Under the pieces are notes generated by a model that saw only the letters and a program-made list of their open reading frames with translations, made no database searches and was not told the DNA's origin. A program made the position numbers and the translations under genes. From an uncultured virus (IMG/VR IMGVR_UViG_3300042564_000716) (lineage: Duplodnaviria; Heunggongvirae; Uroviricota; Caudoviricetes), in the IMG/VR virus record IMGVR_UViG_3300042564_000716: a DNA stretch of 64,000 nt; one strand, given 5' to 3'. Positions 38,337 to 46,008 of the stretch are shown here, piece after piece. Numbering within the stretch: position 1 is the stretch's first letter; every line of letters starts with the position of its first letter.

Positions 38337-38900
38337 TTACTTGGCGTCCACGTCGTCTACGGAGATTTCTGGCATGTGGGAGGTGCCATTTGGCACCACT
38401 TCCCCCTCAATGACACGCGTCAAGCGCTCGCGCAGCAGTTGTTCCAGCTCTTCGGTCGGCCGGTGGCGCATGGTGATCTCGGTTTTGTCCGTGAACAGCC
38501 CCACGTCTGAGATTTTGCCCAGCAATTCCAGCGATTTCATGCGGATGCGGGGGTCTGGGTTGGCCGTCTCGGCAATCAACTTGTTGGTGACGTAGGTTCT
38601 GATCTGGGATGCGGACTTGACCACCACCTTGTCGTACTCGTTGAGCAGGGACTGCAGGTATACAACCGTTTGTGGAGAGGATAGGTCCTCGTCGGAGGCC
38701 AACTTATTGCCTGCAAAGATGTCGCGGGCGTTGTCTTTGTCGAATTCCGTGATTTCGGACGGGTCTGGCAGGCTGTCGGTGTCCACGATTGCAGCCATGG
38801 CTGCAGCCACTCGGGTCTCCAGTGACTCAAAAGTCGGCGCGTAGTCCGCGATCGGGATGTCGTAGTCGATGGTGGTTTGATACATGGGAGGGAATCGCAC
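38337..38900 (-). CDS. Probable terminase small subunit (start may be at 38885)
   Basis: Directly upstream of terL; RMKSLELLGK..DVGLF. Confidence 0.7.
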   Translation of the reverse strand: MRFPPMYQTTIDYDIPIADYAPTFESLETRVAAAMAAIVDTDSLPDPSEITEFDKDNARDIFAGNKLASDEDLSSPQTVVYLQSLLNEYDKVVVKSASQIRTYVTNKLIAETANPDPRIRMKSLELLGKISDVGLFTDKTEITMRHRPTEELEQLLRERLTRVIEGEVVPNGTSHMPEISVDDVDAK

Positions 38901-39133
38901 TCCGGGTTGTTGGGCAAATTGTATAGTGAAATTTTTGGAATGGCTTTTATTTTTGCATGGGGGGTGTTTCCTGTGGGGGGATTTAGTTATGTATAGGTTG
39001 GATTTTGAGAGGTGGTGGCGGATACGCCACTCAGCGTAAAGGCACGCGCGGAGTCCCAGTTCACAGCGCGGGGGGCCGGGTACGGGTGGGTCGCGGCGGC
39101 TGGACTTTTAAGGTTAGAACATAGGTATAGGGG

Positions 39134-39162
39134 TTGACAATTAGCTATGGTTGAGTTACATT
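39134..39162 (+). promoter_or_regulatory. Early sigma70 promoter TTGACA-17-TACATT
   Basis: Consensus match upstream of the first plus-strand gene; followed by the hairpin TCTGAATC-AATTCC-GATTCAGA. Confidence 0.75.
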
Positions 39163-39209
39163 AAAGGCTCTGAATCAATTCCGATTCAGACAACCAAAAG
39201 GTAAATCAA

Positions 39210-39743
39210 ATGTCAGTAATCAATCAATCCCTCATTTCCGCTGTCATCAAGTCATTCGAAGGCGAAGCCAAGGCTATTGCCAAGGCGCGCACCTCACAGG
39301 ATCAAGCCATTCAAGCAACCCTTGACGCTATGCTGATTGCTTGTGACCAACCCAAGCCCCTTTTCATGAAGGGCAATGCTAAGACCAACGAAGCGCGCGG
39401 GCAGATCAAAGCCATGTTCGATGCCATTTGCGAAAAGGGTTTTATCTCCAAGTCATCGGCAGCATCTTATCAATCAGCGTTTTGGATTGCTTTTGAACAG
39501 GGCATTCCCTTTCAGCGTGACTTGAACAACAACAAAGCGAAGCCTGACACCACTGGCACAAGCGAAGCGAAGCCCACGACATCCGGCAAAGTGGAGACAA
39601 CCGACATCCCCGCGCTTCACAAAACCTTGTCAAAAGCATTGGCACAAGCCCGGATTTTGAATCAGTCAATTTTTGCGGCTGATTTGGTTGACCTGATCGT
39701 TGACACATGGCCTGACTTTAAAGAGACAGTGTTGGCGAAGTAA
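39210..39743 (+). CDS. First early gene, hypothetical helical protein
   Basis: 177 aa, AAGG ribosome-binding site, follows the promoter. Confidence 0.8.
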   Translation: MSVINQSLISAVIKSFEGEAKAIAKARTSQDQAIQATLDAMLIACDQPKPLFMKGNAKTNEARGQIKAMFDAICEKGFISKSSAASYQSAFWIAFEQGIPFQRDLNNNKAKPDTTGTSEAKPTTSGKVETTDIPALHKTLSKALAQARILNQSIFAADLVDLIVDTWPDFKETVLAK

Positions 39744-39793
39744 TCAACCCGGCCCGGCCTAGGCCGGGCCTTTAATCTTAAAGGAACAACCAA

Positions 39794-40030
39794 ATGAATG
39801 AATTGTATTTTCAACATGCTTTGGATTGCGGAATCAACATGACAGGCAAAACCACTTTGCCAATTGAAAACTCTGACGGCCGGTTGCTTATGTGCGATAT
39901 CATTGACCCTGAATCAAGGGATGTTGTTATCCATTCGGGCACGACATTGGACATTCAGCTTATCGAAATCTGCCAGTCCTATGGTGTCGATTACGCTATT
40001 GTATACAAGGGACGCCACACACCCGCTTAA
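39794..40030 (+). CDS. Early protein resembling the RNAP beta/beta' BBM2 module
   Basis: GRLLMCDIIDPESRDVVIHSGTTLDIQLIEICQSYGVDYAIV; AAGGA ribosome-binding site. Confidence 0.6.
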   Translation: MNELYFQHALDCGINMTGKTTLPIENSDGRLLMCDIIDPESRDVVIHSGTTLDIQLIEICQSYGVDYAIVYKGRHTPA

Positions 40031-40050
40031 CCCCTACTGGCTAACCCTAG

Positions 40051-40075
40051 GCCCGCCACCCGGCGGGCTTTTTTT
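40051..40075 (+). terminator. Rho-independent terminator
   Basis: GCCCGCC-ACCC-GGCGGGC-TTTTTTT. Confidence 0.85.
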
Positions 40076-40706
40076 CGTCTGGACTTTTCTGGCCCCGCCG
40101 CCGCGCGGGGCGCGTCATAGTAGTCGGACCGTGGGGGAGAGCGAGAGGGCGAGTGCGTGCAGCGGCAGGCGAGGGCGAGGGAGGGCGCAACGGCTCGGCG
40201 AAAGTTTTAAGCTTAAAGCTATTGGTAGTATCGCTACAATGCACAAAACAGGCGTCGCGTGTTACAAAACGCCTGTGCATCAAAGTAAAGATAATACTAA
40301 GCCTATTTTGTAATACTGCAGGTCTCAAAAACAGCAGAGAAGAGAGAGAGATAGAGATATATTATTTATTTATTGTATGTGTGTTACGGGCGTACAGACT
40401 TTTAATCATACCAATCCTTGGGAAGCTTTGGTCGTTTGCTCTTGGCATGTGGACGAAATTTTAAGCTTAAAAGTTTTGGGGGGCCCGGGCAGGCTGGTAG
40501 GGTTTCAAAACCCCGTTGCAACGTACACACATAGCAAGAGCTAAAACCACGTCACTCCGCAAATGGTGATTTCAGGGGGCTCCCAGCCGTTAGTATGTCC
40601 CCACTCGGCCTTTGTAACATAAAACGCACTTTCTGTGCGGCTGTAACGTACACACCACCACTAGATATGTGATATCATCCACACCTCACCAACCCCGAGG
40701 ACTACT

Positions 40707-41567
40707 ATGACTCCAGACACCAACCCCATGCGGCCCATCACCTTCAGCATCCCCCATGCCGTAGCCATCAAAATATCCGAATGGCACGAAGGCCCACTCG
40801 AAGATGCAGCACTCACCGCCCTGCGGCTCTACCACGGCATTGGCCCCACCGCGCACGCTGAACTCCTGCAGGCTGCCCAGATTCTTGGCATCAGCCAACT
40901 CAAAGCCATGCGAACTGCGATCGACATGTTCGTCGAACAGACCAGCAAGCTCAAGACCACCCCCCACCCCAAGGGCCGACCCGTCACCAACCAAGAGCGC
41001 GACACTGCCATATTCCTGCGCGTCACCGAAGGGGCAACCCAAGCAGCGGTGGCACACACGTTCAACATATCCATTGTGCGAGTCGGGCAGATCATGGCCC
41101 AGCAACGCGCACTGCGCGGACTCACATCCAACCGCAAACCCCGCACACCCAACCAAGGTCAACCACACACGAGCGCCCAACCGCAACCACAAACCCCAGA
41201 CATCGGCACACTCTTTGAGGCACTGGACTCCGGCATGACCCGCCTCACTGCAGCCACCACATACAACCTGACCATTGAGCAGGTCGAACGCGCCTATGCC
41301 GCGTACAAGGCAGACCTACCACTGAACCCAACCAAGGGAGACAAGGCATCTGCCACGTTCGCAGGCATCCATGCGACGGAAGAAGTTTTAACCTTAAAAC
41401 ATACCAACGGTATGGAAACGCCCGCACCACCCCCACGCAGGCTTGCAGTCATCCCACCATCCATGCGAGCCAAACCCGAAACCCTGCCGCCTCTCCCTGC
41501 AGACTCCACACCGGGCCAGTCTGCGGTGGACTTGATGAACAGCTTCCAACTGAGCGACCAACTATGA
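40707..41567 (+). CDS. Multi-HTH DNA-binding protein
   Basis: GATQAAVAHTFNISIVRVGQI and GMTRLTAATTYNLTIEQVERAY HTH-like segments. Confidence 0.7.
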   Translation: MTPDTNPMRPITFSIPHAVAIKISEWHEGPLEDAALTALRLYHGIGPTAHAELLQAAQILGISQLKAMRTAIDMFVEQTSKLKTTPHPKGRPVTNQERDTAIFLRVTEGATQAAVAHTFNISIVRVGQIMAQQRALRGLTSNRKPRTPNQGQPHTSAQPQPQTPDIGTLFEALDSGMTRLTAATTYNLTIEQVERAYAAYKADLPLNPTKGDKASATFAGIHATEEVLTLKHTNGMETPAPPPRRLAVIPPSMRAKPETLPPLPADSTPGQSAVDLMNSFQLSDQL

Positions 41568-41812
41568 CAACACCCATGCACACCCTTGAGCTCGAACTAT
41601 CGCTCGACGTGGCCGATGAACTCGCTGCCAAGGCTGGCAGTCTTGATGCGGCCGTGATCCAAGCTCTGCAGGACTATCTGCAGACGGAACCCAAACACAG
41701 GGCCACACGGGACAGGGCAGTCAAGCACCTCGTGACGAACGGCAAACCCATCGAGGAGGCTGCTGCAATCTTTGGCCTGACGCCGAAAGCCGTGAAAATC
41801 ATCGTGGAGTAG
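41564..41812 (+). CDS. Small DNA-binding protein (RHH-like plus HTH)
   Basis: C-terminal GKPIEEAAAIFGLTPKAVKII. Confidence 0.65.
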   Translation: MTTPMHTLELELSLDVADELAAKAGSLDAAVIQALQDYLQTEPKHRATRDRAVKHLVTNGKPIEEAAAIFGLTPKAVKIIVE

Positions 41813-41858
41813 CCAATCAGGGGGGCCAAAACGCCCCCCTACACATAGCAAATAACAC

Positions 41859-41887
41859 TTGACTTATGAGCTCTTTTGTGTTACAAT
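41859..41887 (+). promoter_or_regulatory. Strong sigma70 promoter TTGACT-17-TACAAT with extended -10
   Basis: Near-consensus elements with an AT-rich upstream tract. Confidence 0.8.
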
Positions 41888-41895
41888 ATGAGTCT

Positions 41896-41963
41896 GAGTG
41901 GGAAATCGTGCCCAACTCGCGGCCAGCCTTACATATCTGCGGCCCTGTTCCTTAACAACTTAT
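41896..41963 (+). promoter_or_regulatory. boxB-like hairpin plus boxA-like antitermination element
   Basis: GAGTGGG...CCCAACTC hairpin, then TGTTCCTTAACAACTTA, close to rrn boxA TGCTCTTTAACAATTTA. Confidence 0.55.
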
Positions 41964-42000
41964 ATACCGTTAGGATTAACCAAGACTTTTAAGGTTAAAA

Positions 42001-42512
42001 GTTCTTGGCTCCGATCAAGCCGCCGCTGCAATTGCAGAAATCGTTTAGTAGGAATTGCGCTGACAACAAGAAGGACATGGGACGAGCGTCGTGTAGGTAG
42101 ATTGACAGTCAATTAAACGACTGCATCTTATGCCAACCCACACAGCACGCAACGCCCAGCACACCCATAAGCAGACATGAGATCACTTCCCTCGATGAAT
42201 AGGCGTCCCGTGTAGCCGGGTCATGTGTGTGGAGTACCCCGATAGGCCAGAGTCAGCCGGGGGAAAGCATCATGCAATGCATATGCATACTACTTAAATG
42301 AGGGCGCTCCTCTCCGAGAAATCGTGACGAGCGCTAGGAAGCTGGAGACCTGTGACATGACAACCAGCATCTGGGATGTGGAACCGGCAAGCCGGGCTAA
42401 GCCACACCGACAACCTCTATCGTAGTCCAAGGACACCTCGCAAGAGGTGGCATCCTGAAGGGCATGGAGACTGACCTCCGTGTCCTTTGTGATGTGGCAA
42501 TTCCGCCATATC
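42001..42512 (+). ncRNA. Candidate large structured non-coding RNA
   Basis: No credible ORF; many stems including a GCAA tetraloop hairpin; bounded by two palindromic sites. Confidence 0.55.
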
Positions 42513-42530
42513 TTTTAAGGTTAAAAGATC

Positions 42531-42815
42531 ATGACTACCTTTGAATGGACTACCTCATCGCGGGGCTTCGCCAACTATATCTATCACGAGACCACAGAAG
42601 AACTGTCGCGCTCAGTAGGTATTGCAGGGATACACCACATACCAACCAAGAACTACTACCAAGTCAGCCTCAGCTATATGCTCAACGAGCTTGTGCCATC
42701 CAAGGCGTACATTTTCAAGCACAAGTTCCCAACGCTTGAAGCTGCCAAACGTGCAGTCGAGCGCAAAGTCCCGCCCCTCGTGGCTGTACTCAAGATGCAA
42801 GGAATAACCATATGA
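42531..42815 (+). CDS. Small early protein (TLEAAK family)
   Basis: ATG directly after a palindrome. Confidence 0.75.
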   Translation: MTTFEWTTSSRGFANYIYHETTEELSRSVGIAGIHHIPTKNYYQVSLSYMLNELVPSKAYIFKHKFPTLEAAKRAVERKVPPLVAVLKMQGITI

Positions 42816-43063
42816 AAACCACATGGCACAACGCCCCGGGCAGCAAGCAGCACTGGCTGTACAAGGGCTCATCAATCGGAGCATCGGGCGTCGTCGGGAT
42901 GATCTACGAGGTCAACCCCACTGCGTTCACTGTGTACAAAGAATACCCACAACAGACATGGGACATCGCTCGCCGCGAGTTCATCACGCAAGTCGAGACC
43001 TTGGAGGAAGCCCAAGGCTTGCTCCTCACCGTAGTCAACAGCCGCATGGAAGGTACATCATGA
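42812..43063 (+). CDS. Small early protein (TLEEAQ family)
   Basis: ATGA overlap with the previous gene. Confidence 0.75.
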   Translation: MKTTWHNAPGSKQHWLYKGSSIGASGVVGMIYEVNPTAFTVYKEYPQQTWDIARREFITQVETLEEAQGLLLTVVNSRMEGTS

Positions 43064-43185
43064 AGAAGTACAAAGGGCCAGCCAAGCCCATACCCACAAC
43101 CCGCGAGATCATTACCGACAAAGCCGAGCGTGTGATCTTCCTGCTGTTTGCCGTATTCATGGCCGTGTACCTGTTGGTGGAGTGA
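43060..43185 (+). CDS. 41-aa protein with a C-terminal TM helix
   Basis: MKKYKGPAK...VIFLLFAVFMAVYLLVE; ATGA overlap. Confidence 0.6.
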   Translation: MKKYKGPAKPIPTTREIITDKAERVIFLLFAVFMAVYLLVE

Positions 43186-43188
43186 GCC

Positions 43189-43476
43189 ATGAACATAGCC
43201 GACACCGTGATCTGGTGTGACCTAGCGCGCCGGGAGTTCGATGACCACATCCAGTGGGTGCCGAGCTGGTTGATAAGCCGAGATGATGTTCACCACTGGC
43301 GGTACAGCGTGCACCGATACCCATTCGTGCAGGGCTACCACCTCGTGCACTACCCCGGCGACGACGCAGATGACGACGACGATGTTGTCATCAGCACACA
43401 CAAGACACTGGCCGAGGCCATGTCCATCCTCAAACTCCTGCTGGCCAACGGCGGGGTTGTTTACTTCGACAACTAA
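43189..43476 (+). CDS. Small early protein (TLAEAM family)
   Basis: GGAG ribosome-binding site; acidic DDADDDDD run. Confidence 0.7.
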   Translation: MNIADTVIWCDLARREFDDHIQWVPSWLISRDDVHHWRYSVHRYPFVQGYHLVHYPGDDADDDDDVVISTHKTLAEAMSILKLLLANGGVVYFDN

Positions 43477-43494
43477 CTTTTAAGGTTAAAAGAA

Positions 43495-43707
43495 ATGACT
43501 GAACCCATCTGCCCCTCGTGCTACATCGAGGACATACCCCTGCCGCGCTACGCGCTCGGGTATCGCACATGCCTCACATGCGGTGAGAAGCAAGCCAAGA
43601 AGGTCAAGCACACCATCGCACCCATGCCCAAGAGTAACTACATGCTGTTCACAGACCTGTCGCTGCTCAAGGGACTTAACTCATCACACAAGGGAGGTTC
43701 GCTATGA
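43495..43707 (+). CDS. C4 Zn-finger protein, DksA/TraR-finger-like
   Basis: CPSC..EDIP..R...G..TCLTC. Confidence 0.65.
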   Translation: MTEPICPSCYIEDIPLPRYALGYRTCLTCGEKQAKKVKHTIAPMPKSNYMLFTDLSLLKGLNSSHKGGSL

Positions 43708-43910
43708 GATTAGAACACGGCTCGTTTATTCTTTTACAAGACGGCAAGGTCAATGTCTATGCATCCGACTACAACACCATCGTGGACCGACTCAACGCGC
43801 AGTATGCAAAGAATCCCGCCAGCGACTTCATCATCACGCAAGTGGTGGGCACAGTGGACAAACCCAAGGTGCCTGTCGTGCACTGCGTATACAACGCACA
43901 AAACCTTTAA
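43704..43910 (+). CDS. Small hypothetical protein
   Basis: GGAGG ribosome-binding site; the stop lies inside a palindrome. Confidence 0.7.
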   Translation: MRLEHGSFILLQDGKVNVYASDYNTIVDRLNAQYAKNPASDFIITQVVGTVDKPKVPVVHCVYNAQNL

Positions 43911-43929
43911 CCTTAAAAGAAAGCACATC

Positions 43930-44664
43930 ATGAACGCACACACCAAACTCACAATGCACCTGTCACGTCACGCATACAAGCGTGGCCAATTCAAAGGCGA
44001 CGCCCCTGCCGACTGCGGGCGCAGGGCTAAGACACACTTCCGTGTCATCAAGGGCAACGGCGGGACGATGCTGGTGCGTATGCACAACGCTGACCTCATC
44101 ACTGCCTACGAGGACGGGCGCATCAAACTGCACACCAACGGCTGGCACACATCACGCACAACCCGGGACTGCATGGGAGAGGCACTGACAAACTTCTTTG
44201 GGTGGGGGTATCTCCACAGCGTGCGTATGGGTGGCTACTCACAGACCGGCATCAAGATGAACGGCAAGACGTATCGCTACTATGACGGGATGGAATTCAG
44301 CGCCGACGGCGCACCACTCACATCGCTCAAGGTGTTCACAGCCAGACGCGCAGACCGTGAGGAAACCGCTGAGTTCCGCAAAGAAATCAAAGAGTCTGGG
44401 TTCGTTGGCATGTTCCCTATTCTGTACAACGCAGCCGGGGTTGCTGAAAACAGTTGGTTGTTACGCACTAAAGAAAAGATCACCGATGCAGACTCTGCCG
44501 ATTCATGGCCCGAGATTGTGTCGATATACAAATACCCAAGATACACCCACCGCATGAAGCTTATCCCTGCATACCCCGATCACAAAGCTGCACTGCGAGC
44601 AATCGTTGCAAGCTTCACCAAGAACATGACTAAGTTCGTCGATACCGACGTGACCGTCCTGTAA
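43930..44664 (+). CDS. Hypothetical protein (start MNAHTKL)
   Basis: IKLHTNGW.T.TTR...YRYYDGMEF; follows a palindrome. Confidence 0.75.
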   Translation: MNAHTKLTMHLSRHAYKRGQFKGDAPADCGRRAKTHFRVIKGNGGTMLVRMHNADLITAYEDGRIKLHTNGWHTSRTTRDCMGEALTNFFGWGYLHSVRMGGYSQTGIKMNGKTYRYYDGMEFSADGAPLTSLKVFTARRADREETAEFRKEIKESGFVGMFPILYNAAGVAENSWLLRTKEKITDADSADSWPEIVSIYKYPRYTHRMKLIPAYPDHKAALRAIVASFTKNMTKFVDTDVTVL

Positions 44665-44735
44665 GCCGAGCGCAAGCTCATTGTTTTAACCTTAAAACTT
44701 CTCTCAACTCTTTCACTTCAATCTAGGAAATCATC

Positions 44736-45797
44736 ATGAACGTCAATCTCAAGCAAGCCGCCACCCTCATCCGTAACGTGGGCTCCTCCAACACGCTCCT
44801 CCTGCGGGGCCAGCCCGGTATCGGCAAGTCCTCTATCCTGCAGACACTCGAACGTGACCTGCCTGACTATCAGGTGTGCTACATCGACGTGGCCAACCTC
44901 GACCTCGGTGACCTCGGCATGCCAGTCATCGACAAGGACACCATGACAACCAGCTACGCACCCAACGTGCGCTTCGGTGTGGGTAAGGGTCAGACACGCC
45001 CTGTCGTGCTCATGCTCGACGAGCTGGGCAAGGCGTCCCGCCCTGTGCTCAACATGCTGCTGCCTGTCATCCTCGAACATCGCATCGGTGATGTAGCTCT
45101 GCCTACTGGCTCTATTGTGTTCGGCACAACCAACCTCGACACTGACGGCGTGGGTGACAACATCCCTGCCCATGCGTTCAACCGCATGACTGTCGTGACT
45201 GTGGCTAACCCTACGGCCGACGAGTGGATCGAGTGGGCCTCATCGCACAGCGTAGCGCCCGAGATCATGGCGTTCGCCAAGCAGTATCCGCAGGTGTTCG
45301 ACTGCTATGCAGACCTCGACAAGAAGGACAAGAACCCCTACATCTTCAACCCCATGACGGGTAACATTCGGGCATTCTGCTCACCTCGCTCGCTGGCCAA
45401 GGCATCGAACCTCATCAAGCAGCGCAACGTGCTCGGCTCTGCCCTGCTGCCAGCCCTCGCAGGTACTGTCGGTGAAGCTGCGGCCCGTGACATGGAAGCC
45501 CTTGTGAATCTGGCCGATCAACTGCCGCTGTTCGAGACCATCGTGAAGCAACCACTCAAGGCCAAGGTGCCCGATGGTGCTGGTGCACTGTTCATCCTTG
45601 CATTCATGCTGGCGGGCCGAGTGGACGCTGACACCCTCGACCCTGTGATGGACTACGCCGAGCGCATGGCAGACGCATCGTTCGAGGCACACGCCCTGTT
45701 TATCACAGCGCTGGCATCCAACCGCACCAAGGTCGGTATGGCATGCAAGAACCGCAAGTTCACCGCAGCAGCCGCCAAGCTGGGCAAATACTTTTAA
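44736..45797 (+). CDS. MoxR-like AAA+ ATPase
   Basis: Walker A GQPGIGKS, Walker B LMLDE, sensor N, NR, SPRS. Confidence 0.9.
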   Translation: MNVNLKQAATLIRNVGSSNTLLLRGQPGIGKSSILQTLERDLPDYQVCYIDVANLDLGDLGMPVIDKDTMTTSYAPNVRFGVGKGQTRPVVLMLDELGKASRPVLNMLLPVILEHRIGDVALPTGSIVFGTTNLDTDGVGDNIPAHAFNRMTVVTVANPTADEWIEWASSHSVAPEIMAFAKQYPQVFDCYADLDKKDKNPYIFNPMTGNIRAFCSPRSLAKASNLIKQRNVLGSALLPALAGTVGEAAARDMEALVNLADQLPLFETIVKQPLKAKVPDGAGALFILAFMLAGRVDADTLDPVMDYAERMADASFEAHALFITALASNRTKVGMACKNRKFTAAAAKLGKYF

Positions 45798-45813
45798 GGT
45801 TAAAGGAATCACC

Positions 45814-46008
45814 ATGCTAATCATCGAATCAACCAGCAACGGCCAGCACATGGTCAAGATCAAGAAGGACTGGCACCCCGGCAGGATGGGGTCTCAGTAC
45901 ACACCGCCTCTGCGTAACTACGTGAGTGGGGACAGTGCCGAGCGCGTGCAGCGGGCACTGCTCAAGAAACCCGTGGCCTATCTCACCCCGTGGTGGGTGG
46001 GCAAGTAA
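45814..46008 (+). CDS. Small hypothetical protein
   Basis: Bounded by palindromes on both sides. Confidence 0.7.
   Translation: MLIIESTSNGQHMVKIKKDWHPGRMGSQYTPPLRNYVSGDSAERVQRALLKKPVAYLTPWWVGK

Noticed and set aside
39864..40464. ORFs 39864..40313, 40047..40328 and 40153..40464
   Set aside because: They cross a clear terminator and low-complexity tracts and show no coding-like composition.
41898..42116. 72-aa GTG-start ORF over the leader/ncRNA region
   Set aside because: It begins at the predicted transcription start without a ribosome-binding site, has atypical composition and crosses the boxA-like element and a palindrome.
42001..42512. tRNA, tmRNA or RNase P identity for the structured region
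   Set aside because: I found no cloverleaf with a T-loop GTTCRA and CCA end, no tmRNA termini and no RNase P GAGGAAAGTCC core by eye; a covariance search is still needed.
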